Assembly (NCBI GenBank): GCA_002269645.1
Contig: NIVC01002274.1
Span: forward strand, 62,001 to 126,000
From: Macrostomum lignano
Lineage: Eukaryota
Direction: 5' to 3'
Length of the DNA stretch: 64,000 nt
This document shows, in pieces, positions 1 through 13,427 of this stretch. Position 1 is the stretch's first letter. Every line of letters begins with the position of its first letter. The notes under the pieces were generated by a model. That model was not told the origin of the DNA. It made no database searches and saw only the letters and a program-made list of their open reading frames with translations. The translations under genes and the position numbers were made by a program.

Positions 1-1920
1 ATTCTGAGAGACAAAGAATTTATATTTAATAAATGTGCTTCAGACATTCATATCAGCTAGTCTATTAGAAAACAAGTATGTGGTTCTGAATTAAAAAAAT
101 GATTATATACATGATAATAATTTCCACTAATCTTACATTCTATACTATAAAATTTTTAACTTTTATAATTTTTAAATTTTTTTATAGTGGCTATTTTTTA
201 GTGTGAAGAATAGAAAATTTGAAGCAAATAAAGTTTAATTTTAAAAGCTAAAAATATTGTGTAAATTTTTGGCAAATCTGTAAAAAAAACTGTTAGTAAA
301 TAGATGTCATATGGAAATACACTGAAACCCAAAGTCATTGCAAAGAGGTTTCCAAAGAAATAGTAAATAGATGATTAAATGTTGACAGAAAACAAAATCG
401 ATTTGATATAGTTTTCAACCGTTTTATCACAGGAAATAATGTGCAGAGAATACATAGCCTTCCTTGCTTAATAAGATACAAATTTATAATACGAACCGTA
501 AACAAAAATGAGACAGTAAAAAATTGCAGACTCCAATTTAAAAACTATTTGTGTCTCAGTGTTTTTAAATTAAATTTTATGTAACACTTATATGTAGCAC
601 TGGCAGCATATAGTGTTTTAGTTGACTATTGATATAAAAAACAAAGGTAGTTACAATTGCAAAAACTTAATAAAAAATAAAGTCAAAAGTGCAGGTTTAC
701 AATAATTATTTCAGATTTTTAGAAAAAATAAAGTCATTCTTTCAACTTGTGGTTTATATAGTTTTATATGTCACAGTTTCATAGATACATAGCACAGTGA
801 GAGTACGAAAATTTATGTTACAATTACAACGCTAATGAGCTAGTTATTGTTATTGCCAATTTATTGTAGAATGTAGTCTTTAATAATTTGAGGTTGATTA
901 CTGAAAATGATCGAGCGCAAGTGGCTACACTTAAATACCAACGTTTTAAAGAAAATGTACGTAATGAAAAATTCGTCATGGCAACAAGCTCTCTTTAAAC
1001 AAAAGGGAAATTATTGCATAATTATTTTAATAAAACCTAAAATATTATAAATAGCACATGCAGGAATATTTTATTAAATTTTTCGAAACTTGAATTTGAA
1101 AATTTTTCAGAGTTCAGAGTTAAACGCCAGTCCGATGAAGAAATATCGCGATTTGACGATTGATGAATTCCTGGTTAAAGAAGTGTCCCTAGCTGCTGGA
1201 ACTGGTCGCAACGTTCTGGTTATCATGTGCCATGTACTGTACATGTACATTTATAACTGGGGTACCTACATACATGTAAGCAGTTATCAATCATGCAGAA
1301 GCAGCTAGACTTTTGGTCTGGGCAAAATATACAGTAAACCCCCCCCCCCCAATGTTGGGGGGGGGGTAGTCCTTCTTGGGCTTTTGACGTCGAATTTTCG
1401 ATTTTTTTTGGCGTCGATCGCTTTTCGATCGTGTTTGACGTCATTAATTCGACTTCGAGGTCTCGACAATTCTTTCGTCGTCGCGACTTGTAAAACTTAT
1501 TTGACGTCATTCGAGGCCCAGCTGCATCAATGTTCTCAACATTGTTCTCAATGTTCTCAACAATGTTCTCAAATAGAAGGTAATCAAGACAACGTAAAAA
1601 ATACCAGTATTGTTACGCATATATTCATATAGTGATTATGCCTTTTAATACTAAATAGCAACATAAACTTTGTTATGTTTTCTAACCGAAAATTAGTTTG
1701 AGCCTTCTAAAGTTAAAAAATTTAACGTTGAAGTTGATTCTTATAATAAGTTAAGTTTAGCTAATTGACTAGCAATCTTCGCCCCCCGATGGGGGACATC
1801 TGGATAGAATCTCTGTTCTCTACAAGTAACAAAAAGACAGCCAAAAAATCCTTCACAAAGACAACAGACAAACTGCTCAAATGAAGTGCATTGCAAAAAG
1901 AAATCATCCCAAGACCGCAA

Positions 1921-2130
1921 GCATCCCCCAGATAGCAAGCATCCCCAAGATAGCAAGCATCCCCTAGATAGCAAGCATCCCCCAGATAGCAAGCATCCCC
2001 CAGATAGCAAGCATCCCCAGATAGCAAGCATCCCCCAGATAGCAAGCATCCCCCAGATAGCAAGCATCCCCCAGATAGCAAGCATCCCCCAGATAGCAAG
2101 CATCCCCCAGATAGATAGCATCCCCAAATA
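1921..2130. repeat. 18-bp tandem minisatellite (GCAAGCATCCCCCAGATA), ~11 units
   Basis: Unit read directly; it accounts for the QIASIP/GGCLLS/MLAIWG repeat ORFs. Confidence 0.95.
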
Positions 2131-2289
2131 GCAAGCATCCACGAGACTATAAGTAGCTAGTGCGACAATTTCCTTAGCATTATAGCGGCTCCTTTAAAAT
2201 TCGCTTACTTTTACGTTTGAAATTGTGTATCTTTTATGTTTAACAGGGTGGCTCTTTTTTGTTCTACGCTCGTACATGGAAACTCTTTT

Positions 2290-4945
2290 ATGTTTGATAC
2301 GGTGGCTTTTCAATGTCTGACATGGTGGCTCTTCTATGTTTGACATGGTGGCTCTTTAATGTTCTTAATGGTGTCTGTTTTATGTTTGACATGGTGGCTC
2401 TTTAATGTTCTTAATGGTGTCTGTATTATGTTTGACATGGTGGCTCTTTAATGTTTTACATGGAGTCACGTATATGTTTGACATGGTGGCTCTTTAATGT
2501 TTTACATGGTAGCACTTTCATGTTTGACCTGGTGGCTCTTTAATGTTTGACATGGTGGCTCTTTAATATTTGACATGGTGGCTCTTTTATGTTTGACATG
2601 GTGGCTCTTTTATCTTTGACATGGTGGCTCTTTAATGTTCGACATGGAGTCATGTTTTGACATGGTAGCTCTTGAATGTTCAACATGGAGTCATGTATAT
2701 GTTTGACATGGTGGCTCTTTAATGTTTGACATGGTGGCTCTTTATGTTTGACATGGTGGCTCTTTAATGTTTTACATGGTGGCACTTTCATGTTTGACCT
2801 GGTGGCTCTTTAATGTTCGACATGGAGTCATGTATATGTTTGACATGGTAGCTCTTGAATGTTCAACATGGAGTCATGTATATGTTCGACATGGTGGCTC
2901 TTAAATGTTTGACATGGTGTCTCTTTAATGTTTGACATGGAGTCATGTATATGTTTGACATGGTGGCTCTTGAATGTTCGACATAGAGTCATGTATATGT
3001 TTGCCATGGTGGCTCTTTAATGTTAGACATGGTGGCTCTTTTATGTTTTGCATGGTGGCTCTTTAATGTCTAACATGGAGTCACGTATATGTTTGACATG
3101 GAGTCATGTATATGTTTGACATGGTGGCTCTTGTATTTTTAACATGTTGGCTCTTTAATGTTCGACATGGTGGCTCTTTAATGTCTAACATGGAGTCACG
3201 TATATGTTTGACATGGAGTCATGTATATGTCTGATATGGTAGCTCTTTAATGTTTTACATGGAGTCACGTATATGTTTCACATGGTGGCTATTTTATGTT
3301 TGACATGGTGGTTCTTTAATGTTTGACATGGTGGCTCTTTAATGTTTGATATGGTGGCTCTTTAATGTTCTTAATGGTGTCTGTTTTATGTTTGACATGG
3401 TGGCTCTTTAATGTTCGACATGGTGGTTCTTTAATGTTTGACATGGTGGCTCTTTAATGTTTGATATGGTGGCTCTTTAATGTTCTTAATGGTGTCTGTT
3501 TTATGTTTGACATGGTGGCTCTTTAATGTTCGACATGGTGGCTCTTTAATGTTCTTAATGGTGGCTCTTTAATGTTCGACATGGTGGTTCTTTTAGGCTT
3601 GAAATGGTGGCTCTTTAATGTTTGACATTGTGGCTCTTTAATGTTTGAAATGGTGGCTCTTTAATGTTTGACATGGTGGCTTTTGAATGTTCGACATGGT
3701 GGCTCTTTAATGTTCTTAATGGTGTCTGTTTTATGTTTGAATTGGTGGCTCTTTAATGTTCGATATGGTGGCTCTTTAATGTTTGACATGGGGGCTCTTT
3801 AATGTTTGACATGGAGTCATGTATATGTTTGCCATGGTGGCTCTTTAATGTTAGACATGGTGGCTCTTTTATGTTTTGCATGGTGGCTCTTTAATGTTTA
3901 ACATGGAGTCACGTATATGTTTGACATGGAGTCATGTATATGTTTGACATGGTGGCTCTTGTATTTTTAACATGTTGGCTCTTTAATGTTCGACATGGTG
4001 GCTCTTTAATGTCTAACATGGAGTCACGTATATGTTTGACATGGAGTCATGTATATGTCTGATATGGTAGCTCTTTAATGTTTTACATGGAGTCACGTAT
4101 ATGTTTCACATGGTGGCTATTTTATGTTTGACATGGTGGCTCTTTAATGTTCGACATAGTGGCTCTTTAATGTTCTTAATGGTGGCTCTTTAATGTTCGA
4201 CATGGTGGTTCTTTTAGGTTTGAAATGGTGGCTCTTTAATGTTTGACATTGTGGCTCTTTAATGTTTGACATGGTGGCTTTTTAATGTTCGACATGGTGG
4301 CTCTTTTAGGTTTTGAAATGGTGGCTCTTTAATGTTTGACTTGGTAGCTCTTTAATGTTCGACATGGTGGCTCTTTAATGTTCTTAATGGTGTCTGTTTT
4401 ATGTTTGACATGGTGGCTCTTTAATGTTTTACATGGAGTCATGTATATGTTTTACATGGTGGCTCTTTTATGTTCGACATGGTGGCTCTTTAATGTTCTT
4501 AATGGTGTCTGTTTTATGTTTGACATGGTGGCTCTTTAATGTTCGACATGGTGGCTCTTTAATGTTTGACATGGTGACTCTTTTATGTTTGATATGGTGG
4601 CTCTTTAATGTTCGACATGGTGGCTGTTTTATGTTTGACATGGTAGCTCTTTAATGTTCGACATGGTGGCTCTTTAATGTTCTTAATGGTGTCTGTTTTA
4701 TGTTTGACATGGTGGCTCTTTAATGTTTGACATGGTGACTATTTTATGTTTGATATGGTGGCTTTTGAATGTTCGACATGGTGGTTCTGTAATGTTTTTA
4801 ATGGTGGCTGGTTTATGTTTGACATGGTGGCTCTTTAATGTTTCGACATGGTGACTCTTTAATGTTCTTAATGGTAACTCTTTTATGTTCGAAATGGTGG
4901 CTCTTTTATGTTTGACATGGTGGCTCTTGTATGTTTGACATTGCG
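2290..4945. repeat. 23-bp satellite array (ATGTTTGACATGGTGGCTCTTTA and variants), roughly 115 units
   Basis: Period 23 read directly. Variant units (ATGTTCTTAATGGTGTCTGTTTT, ATGTTTGACATGGAGTCATGTAT) recur in blocks. Confidence 0.95.
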
Positions 4946-5001
4946 CTTTTTTATGTTTAGCAGTTTTTTTGTTTTTAAGGTGTTTTAATAAAAAAATCAT
5001 T

Positions 5002-5068
5002 TGGCGCTACCAAGATTCGAACCCAGGTCGCTACATTAGCAGTCCAGTCTGTTTGCATCTAGGCTATC
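5002..5068 (-). pseudogene. Degenerate tRNA-like sequence (tRNA-Ser(GCT)-like pseudogene or SINE head)
   Basis: Minus strand: A-box-like TAGCCTAGATGC, anticodon region GGACTGCTAAT, B box GGTTCGAATC, downstream T7 run. The stems are mismatched. Confidence 0.45.
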
Positions 5069-5219
5069 TTTTTTCAATTGGAGCACATGAATTGTGGCCC
5101 TTATAATTCAATACTTATAGCAAGTCGGTTAGAGTAAAAATTTATGGCATAATCAATTTCTCAGTCTGCCAGAATCAGTCTCAATTCAAGTTAGCAATAT
5201 GGTTACGCAATTTCAATCA

Positions 5220-5552
5220 AGTCTTGTGTGCGTTTCTGTCGCACTGTTTTCACCTTGTTGTGATGCAATCTTTATCAGAATTGAAATTCAGCCAGTCAGT
5301 TTTTTCTCTAGCATTCTTACAATGCATTTCAAGTCGAAAGAGCTGCTTGACCTTTGCAAAAAAGCATGTTTTTCGAATATTTAATCCCTCTAGCATCGAG
5401 CAATTTCTTAGCCACGATGCATGTACCGTCACGGAAAAAATTCTGATCGAATGGTGCAAGTTCGAAGAAAATCGGTTGAGCCGTTTTTGCTAAAATCGAT
5501 CACACACACACACACACATACCGACAGACCATTTTTAGTATATGGACTAGCC
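5220..5552. mobile_element. Remnant of an interspersed repeat family, Helitron-like
   Basis: Diverged similarity to 15530-15870 (GAATTGAAATTCAG, GTTTTTCGAATATTTAA, AAGTT.GAA.AAAATCGGTT). Ends in (CA)n plus TTTAGTATAT. Family assignment is inference. Confidence 0.4.
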
Positions 5553-5839
5553 ATTTAGCCCCCCTCCGGGTGGCTTCTTAGCAGTTTAGCGCTTGTCTAT
5601 AAGCAGTTTTGCACAGTCGCTGAGCAAATCTCACTAATCTCCGAGAAGTTCTGCAGTAGCAAATCTCTAAGCAGTTGTACACCAATTTTACTGAGACTAA
5701 AAAGTTCTAAAAAGTTACATTTCTTAATGTTTGAAACTTTGCAATGTCAATTCATTTATAGTTCTTTTATGATTATTCGTTATTTTCAAATCCTCACCAG
5801 ATTAGCACTATTCTCCCACATTAGCCCTACACCCCCAGA

Positions 5840-6330
5840 TTAGCCCCACTTCCCCCAGATTAGCACTACGCCCAGATTAGCACTCAGCCCAGATTAGCAC
5901 TCAGCCCATATTAGCACTCAGCCCAGATTAGCACTCAGCCTAGATTAGCACTCAGCCCAGATTAGCACTCAGCCTAGATTAGCACTCAGCCCAGATTAGC
6001 ACTCAGCCCAGATTAGCACTCAGCCTAGATTAGCACTCAGCCCAGATTAGCACTCAGCCCAGATTAGCACTCAGCCTAGATTAGCACTCAGCCCAGATTA
6101 GCACTCAGCCCAGATTAGCACTCAGCCTAGATTAGCACTCAGCCCAGATTAGCACTCAGCCCAGATTAGCACTCAGCCTAGATTAGCACTCAGTCCAGAT
6201 AAGCACTCAGCCTAGATAAGCACTCAGCCTAGATTAGCACTCAGCCCAGATTAGCACTCAGCCCAGATTAGCACTCAGCCTAGATTAGCACTCAGCCTAG
6301 ATTAGCACCGCTCCACAGATTACCGCCGCT
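5840..6330. repeat. 17-bp minisatellite (AGATTAGCACTCAGCCC) with a mostly 3-unit CCC/CCC/CCT higher-order period
   Basis: Read directly; degenerate copies on both flanks. Confidence 0.95.
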
Positions 6331-7588
6331 TCCCAGATAGTTTCACCTTCCCAGATTAGCACTACTTCTCCAGATTCGCACCACTCCGCAAAAATTCGCA
6401 CCGCTACTTCCTCCAGATTAGCCCCAATCTCCCAGATTAGCCCCCACTCCTTTATATTAGCCCCGCTCCCTTAGATTAGCACCACTCCCAAACTGCTAAA
6501 AGGTGACTACTATTATCGCCTCAGAAGTTTAAAGTTAAACCCTCCCCAGAAATTGGCAGTTATCCCCACAACAACCTGAAATTATCCCTTCTAATTCCGC
6601 AAAACAGACTGCAGTCATACAACTCATTTGCACTCTACAAATTTTATTATTATTATTCATTTATCCCTCAGGGACCCAGAATTGTCCCTTCTGCAAGCCA
6701 CAATTATTCACAGTTAGATATCCTCCTCAGAAGTCTGCCATTATTATCCTAGCAGTCTGCAGCTATCCCCTCGGCAGTTTGCAGCTTATACGCTCATAAG
6801 TCTCGAGAAACTAACCAACGTCAGCAGTTTGCAGTTTGTCCCCACTACGTATCGCGCCAATTCTGCAGGGTTTTTAGGCAGATTTGACGCAAAAAACGCA
6901 AATTATACTACTATCTGAAAATGAAGTAAGTAGTATACAAAAACGCTATCCTAAGCGTGATATGGCAATATGTAGTCGTAATAACCATGTGCTCATATTA
7001 ATTCCATGTACATTAATCCCTATCTATCTCAAATTGGATATGTACATTAATCCATATCCCAAATTGTCTATCCCCCAATTCTACATGTACACTCACATTA
7101 ATCTACAGTGTCATCCCCAGCGCGCGCGCACCAAAAATACACGTACAATACTACATGTACACAGAGGTGAGAATTACTAATCTCATCTACTACCAAATGA
7201 GTCAACTAACCGTGTAGCGCACATCATGTATAAGTATTTACAATGAAGATATATTTACATTTAATCAGTAGCATATTACAGGAATCGAGACATGTACACC
7301 ATCACCAGCAAATAGAATATACAGAAAATTTTACATTGTTTTTCAATAATTTTCTCTTCATAAATGATTTTAAACAGGTTTGACATGCAAAATATGTACA
7401 ATAGATTTTTACATTGGCAATTTCGCCACACACAATACAAAAATGCTCTATGTACATGAATTATATATACAGCAAATAGATTCTGATAAATACAGCAGTA
7501 TTACAATGCAAATTATGTACAATAAATAGATTTTACTAATTTAATATTGCAAAATGTACATTGAATTGTCAGTCACAACTAGAATACA

Positions 7589-8329
7589 TTATTTATAGCC
7601 ATAAGGCCGGCTGCAGGCCCCGTACACGCGCTTCGTCAGGACGCGCTGAAACGTCTTGTCCATGGTGATCGTGTGTATGGTACAAGACGCCTTGTCGCGC
7701 CTGAACTGAAGCTGCGGCAGCTGCAGGGAGCCGCCGTGTAGTAGGGCGCTGCGCAGGTCGTCGCTGCGCTCCCGAATCTCCGGAGTCAGCCGGATGCCCT
7801 TGCATTTCAGGACCTGACTCCGGACACCGGCCGCATCCTCGACAATGTAAGTGTAGAGCTTGGGCCCTCCACTTACAAAGTCGGTCATCCGGCTGCCTGC
7901 GGGCACCTCGTCGGTCCACATTCCGAGGCTCGTGCCATGGGGCGGCTCCCATTGGCCCTCGGAATGCCGGTAAACGACCCTGGGTGTGGGGGGAGAGAGA
8001 TAATTACTTCCACATGCCAACTATTCAATTCTAAAAGAATTTTTCCAATGCAATACTTACGAGTCAGTGTCGCAGTAAATGGCCCGTTCGCCGAGCCCCT
8101 CCAAGGCCTCGTACAGGCGCAGCCGGGCCTGCGTGGTTGTAAAGACTCCGATTGGCACATTGGAGTACCTGAATGGCCGCTGATTAAAGTAACGGTGCCG
8201 GTACTCTAGCAGCATAAACTCGCTGCCAATCGGCTCGCAGGCCTTGACTTTGAGGTTGGGGTCGGTCAGCCGGGCGAGCCAGTCCTCGTAGCTGGATACA
8301 ATTTCGGTCGATGTCAGGTCGTCACGCAT
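7589..8329 (-). CDS. Protein-primed family B DNA polymerase (Polinton/adintovirus type), C-terminal 219 aa; exons 8329-8061 and 7979-7589
   Basis: Motifs GVFTTTQARLRLYEAL, YCDTDS|VVY, LGMWTDE, DFVSGGPKLY, KCKG. Mirror image of the right-arm copy. Confidence 0.85.
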
Positions 8330-8954
8330 ATCCTCACCCCTCGAAGCCCCTATACTGAATGTTGAATCACCCTTTAACTCGGACCATAGTCAAATTCAAC
8401 CCTGTTCGAAAACAGCCACCCCTCCGATGTTTACCAGACACAGCGCAGACCCCATAACAAATTGAGCTAAATTTTAACACTCGCCCCTGTTTTCTCTGTC
8501 CCCCCTTCTAAATGCCAAGGAATTTCGACCCTCTCTCCATTTTCAGTGTACAGACAGATCTTTCCACAGCACAGACCATATATTAAACTTCAAAACCCCT
8601 CTCTTCTCCGATTACGTCATCCATGCCGCCCCAGTTAGCAAGAAACCAACTTTTAATGCACACATCAACCCCGCGAGCAAATCCGAGTCCGCCAACCTCT
8701 ACCTGCATTGACAAACCCCAGCTGCATTTGTAAATGTACACAGCCTATGAATCAGTGTCTCCACCGCATGCAATTCTGATTTACTTGATTCTAAACTTTG
8801 TAAGTTGTATAAGTCACCCTTGCGTTATACTAGAAGTAGTGAAGTCCACATATTTAAATACGTGAGGCTATTCAATTCTGCCTCTCCGCCTCCCCTACCT
8901 TCTCACTTCAAGCTTTCAGACTTGGTCTTTGAGACGGTCGGTTTAATCTGTTAG

Positions 8955-9960
8955 AAGCAGGAATGAATCATGCACTGACCTCTCCATACAAAGTAAAGTT
9001 GGAATTTCAGACAAGAAATTTGGTTATTTTAAAAGCTAAATGACTAGAAATGCACATTTTTTTCATTAAAATGCAGCTTTCTACAGTTTTTTTACGATTT
9101 TAACCTTAAAATGCAGACTTTGTTGATCAAAATCAGTAGTTTCATCACTAGAAACCATACTTTCAACAACTAATTTGTCCAAATATCGCTTTCAACTTGA
9201 CCTTAGACAGCGTTTAAGCAGGAATGAACCCCCCACGAACATACACAAGCTAGCCCAAAATCAGCCAAAGACATGGCTATTGAAGCCTAAATTGCTAGAA
9301 ATGAGCATTTTTTCCTAAGAAATACAATTTTTCACAGTTTTTACGCATTTTTTACGTTAAAATGCAGCCTTTATTGATCAAAATCAGTAGTTTCATCACT
9401 AAAAACCGCAATTTTAACACAAAATTATCACAAATGCTACTTCTGGAACTCTGAGACAGCTTTGAGCAGGAATTATAATCGCACACGGATTACCCGAGCC
9501 AGTCCAATATTCCACTGAAGCCAGGGTTTTTTTTAAAGCTGAATTGTTAGAATTGCTCATTCTTTCGTTTAATAAATGACAATTTTCACAGTTTTATTAT
9601 TTTCTAACGTTAAAATGCGAAATGTATTGGTCAAACTTAGTAGTTTCATCCCAAAAGCCATAATTTCAACCGCTAATTTGTCCAAATGCTGATTTCAAAG
9701 TTGGCAAGAGACAGCTTTCGAGCAGGAATGAGTCACACACTGATCTCCATATGCACACCCCGGCCCAAGTTGGAATTCCACCCAAGACATTTTCATTGAA
9801 AGCTAAATTACTAGAAATTGCACATTTTCGTTTTAAAAAGGTCAATTTTCACAGTTTTTACTCTTTTTAACGTTAAAATGCTGACTTTATTGAACAAAAT
9901 TAATCACTTCATCAGCAGAAACCATAATTTTTACAACTTAATGCTGTTTCATCATTCAAA
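8955..9960. repeat. Four diverged ~255-bp direct repeats inside the inverted arm (mirrored at ~11055-12060)
   Basis: GCAGGAAT at ~8958, 9218, 9467 and 9723, each followed by AAAGCT.AAT..CTAGAA, TTTT.ACAGTTTT and AGTAGTTTCATC-type motifs. Confidence 0.8.
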
Positions 9961-12686
9961 TGTATGTATTTGGTACGTGTAATACCCCTCAAGAAGTCAG
10001 GGAAGGGATTATTCTTGAATATAGGGTTAAAACGTAAAGTTTGCTATAAACCTAGCTATAATAATTTTAACATATACAGTCTGCGAAGCGGCCCGTTGAT
10101 TTCGATTGACATTTAAACTGTCCCTCCCAGACCTCTCTCTCTCCTTCTGCACCCACCGAGAAAAGTGACTCATGCGGCAATCAGCTGGACAGGTTTTATT
10201 ACTGAATTGGCAAAACAGCCAACACCCAATGGTCATATTAGACTCGTCTTCACAGCACAGACCCATGTAGAACAGAACCACTCGTCCCTGTCTCTCTGAC
10301 CTTACCATTTCTAACTGTCAAGGAATTCCGACCCTCCCTCTCCAATTTCAGTGTACAAACAGATATTTTCACAGCACAGACTCATATATTGAGCCTCCTC
10401 CAACCAAAACCCTATCTTGATTACGTCATCCACCTCCCCCATAGAAGCAGTTAGCAAGAAACAAAATTTTTCGATGCACATATGAACACTGTGAACCATG
10501 CAAAATAGCACATCTACGGGTCGATTTTGATTGACAATTTAATACCTTTTGTTGATGCTGCTGTGTACAGTAGTCTTATTTCCGAAGCTCCTAGCAGTCA
10601 TCTTTTAGATGTGGTGAATCAGTGTTGTTTTTGCCAACTTTACATCTTGATTCATCCTCCAAATTCTTCAACTCTGACCATATTCAATAATTTAACCCAT
10701 GCAAGTAGATTTGCCAATTCGCCAAATTAGCCAATACGAATGGGGCCAGAGGACCCACCCAAATCGAGCCCTTGTCTCTCTCAGGCCTCTCTCTCCTACA
10801 CATACCCCAGAAAAGTGACTCATGAGGCAATCAGTTTAACAGGTTCAGTATACTGAATTGGCAAAACAGCAAACACCCAATGGTCAATGGACTCGTCTTC
10901 GCAGCACAGACCATTTTGAATAAAGCCAAAACACACATATACCCCTATTCTCTGACCTGTGTTACGCATGTGTTACGCATGTCCTGTGTGCTGTATTCAA
11001 GAATAATCCCTTCCCTGACTTCTTGAGGGGTATTACACGTACCAAATACATACATTTGAATGATGAAACAGCATTAAGTTGTAAAAATTATGGTTTCTGC
11101 TGATGAAGTGATTAATTTTGTTCAATAAAGTCAGCATTTTAACGTTAAAAAGAGTAAAAACTGTGAAAATTGACCTTTTTAAAACGAAAATGTGCAATTT
11201 CTAGTAATTTAGCTTTCAATGAAAATGTCTTGGGTGGAATTCCAACTTGGGCCGGGGTGTGCATATGGAGATCAGTGTGTGACTCATTCCTGCTCGAAAG
11301 CTGTCTCTTGCCAACTTTGAAATCAGCATTTGGACAAATTAGCGGTTGAAATTATGGCTTTTGGGATGAAACTACTAAGTTTGACCAATACATTTCGCAT
11401 TTTAACGTTAGAAAATAATAAAACTGTGAAAATTGTCATTTATTAAACGAAAGAATGAGCAATTCTAACAATTCAGCTTTAAAAAAAACCCTGGCTTCAG
11501 TGGAATATTGGACTGGCTCGGGTAATCCGTGTGCGATTATAATTCCTGCTCAAAGCTGTCTCAGAGTTCCAGAAGTAGCATTTGTGATAATTTTGTGTTA
11601 AAATTGCGGTTTTTAGTGATGAAACTACTGATTTTGATCAATAAAGGCTGCATTTTAACGTAAAAAATGCGTAAAAACTGTGAAAAATTGTATTTCTTAG
11701 GAAAAAATGCTCATTTCTAGCAATTTAGGCTTCAATAGCCATGTCTTTGGCTGATTTTGGGCTAGCTTGTGTATGTTCGTGGGGGGTTCATTCCTGCTTA
11801 AACGCTGTCTAAGGTCAAGTTGAAAGCGATATTTGGACAAATTAGTTGTTGAAAGTATGGTTTCTAGTGATGAAACTACTGATTTTGATCAACAAAGTCT
11901 GCATTTTAAGGTTAAAATCGTAAAAAAACTGTAGAAAGCTGCATTTTAATGAAAAAAATGTGCATTTCTAGTCATTTAGCTTTTAAAATAACCAAATTTC
12001 TTGTCTGAAATTCCAACTTTACTTTGTATGGAGAGGTCAGTGCATGATTCATTCCTGCTTCTAACAGATTAAACCGACCGTCTCAAAGACCAAGTCTGAA
12101 AGCTTGAAGTGAGAAGGTAGGGGAGGCGGAGAGGCAGAATTGAATAGCCTCACGTATTTAAATATGTGGACTTCACTACTTCTAGTATAACGCAAGGGTG
12201 ACTTATACAATTTACAAAGTTTAGAATCAAGTAAATCAGAATTGCATGCGGTGGAGACACTGATTCATAGGCTGTGTACATTTACAAATGCAGCTGGGGT
12301 TTGTCAATGCAGGTAGAGGTTGGCGGACTCGGATTTGCTCGCGGGGGTTGATGTGTGCATTAAAAGTTGGTTTCTTGCTAACTGGGGCGGCATGGATGAC
12401 GTAATCGGAGAAGAGAGGGGTTTTGAAGTTTAATATATGGTCTGTGCTGTGGAAAGATCTGTCTGTACACTGAAAATGGAGAGAGGGTCGAAATTCCTTG
12501 GCATTTAGAAGGGGGGACAGAGAAAACAGGGGCGAGTGTTAAAATTTAGCTCAATTTGTTATGGGGTCTGCGCTGTGTCTGGTAAACATCGGAGGGGTGG
12601 CTGTTTTCGAACAGGGTTGAATTTGACTATGGTCCGAGTTAAAGGGTGATTCAACATTCAGTATAGGGGCTTCGAGGGGTGAGGAT

Positions 12687-13427
12687 ATGCGTGACGACCT
12701 GACATCGACCGAAATTGTATCCAGCTACGAGGACTGGCTCGCCCGGCTGACCGACCCCAACCTCAAAGTCAAGGCCTGCGAGCCGATTGGCAGCGAGTTT
12801 ATGCTGCTAGAGTACCGGCACCGTTACTTTAATCAGCGGCCATTCAGGTACTCCAATGTGCCAATCGGAGTCTTTACAACCACGCAGGCCCGGCTGCGCC
12901 TGTACGAGGCCTTGGAGGGGCTCGGCGAACGGGCCATTTACTGCGACACTGACTCGTAAGTATTGCATTGGAAAAATTCTTTTAGAATTGAATAGTTGGC
13001 ATGTGGAAGTAATTATCTCTCTCCCCCCACACCCAGGGTCGTTTACCGGCATTCCGAGGGCCAATGGGAGCCGCCCCATGGCACGAGCCTCGGAATGTGG
13101 ACCGACGAGGTGCCCGCAGGCAGCCGGATGACCGACTTTGTAAGTGGAGGGCCCAAGCTCTACACTTACATTGTCGAGGATGCGGCCGGTGTCCGGAGTC
13201 AGGTCCTGAAATGCAAGGGCATCCGGCTGACTCCGGAGATTCGGGAGCGCAGCGACGACCTGCGCAGCGCCCTACTACACGGCGGCTCCCTGCAGCTGCC
13301 GCAGCTTCAGTTCAGGCGCGACAAGGCGTCTTGTACCATACACACGATCACCATGGACAAGACGTTTCAGCGCGTCCTGACGAAACGTGTGTACGGGGCC
13401 TGCAGCAGGCCTTATGGCTATAAATAA
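12687..13427 (+). CDS. Protein-primed family B DNA polymerase C-terminal 219 aa; exons 12687-12955 and 13037-13427, 81-nt intron
   Basis: Donor TC|GTAAGT and acceptor CTCTCTCCCCCCACACCCAG|G rejoin the frame as YCDTDS-VVYRH. 269+391=660 nt, open to TAA. Lacks the exonuclease and motifs A/B. Confidence 0.85.

Noticed and set aside
1329-1370. TA|CAGTAAAC followed by C-run/G-run hairpin, resembling a Tc1/pogo end
   Set aside because: No matching opposite end found in the window.
1741-2142. Repetitive ORFs (MLAIWG, GGCLLS, QIASIP)
   Set aside because: Products of the 18-bp minisatellite.
6884-7180. 98/101-aa ORF present near both outer ends of the palindrome (also 14201-14506)
   Set aside because: AT-rich, TTG start, crosses simple repeats, no recognisable motif; shared only because the arms are copies.
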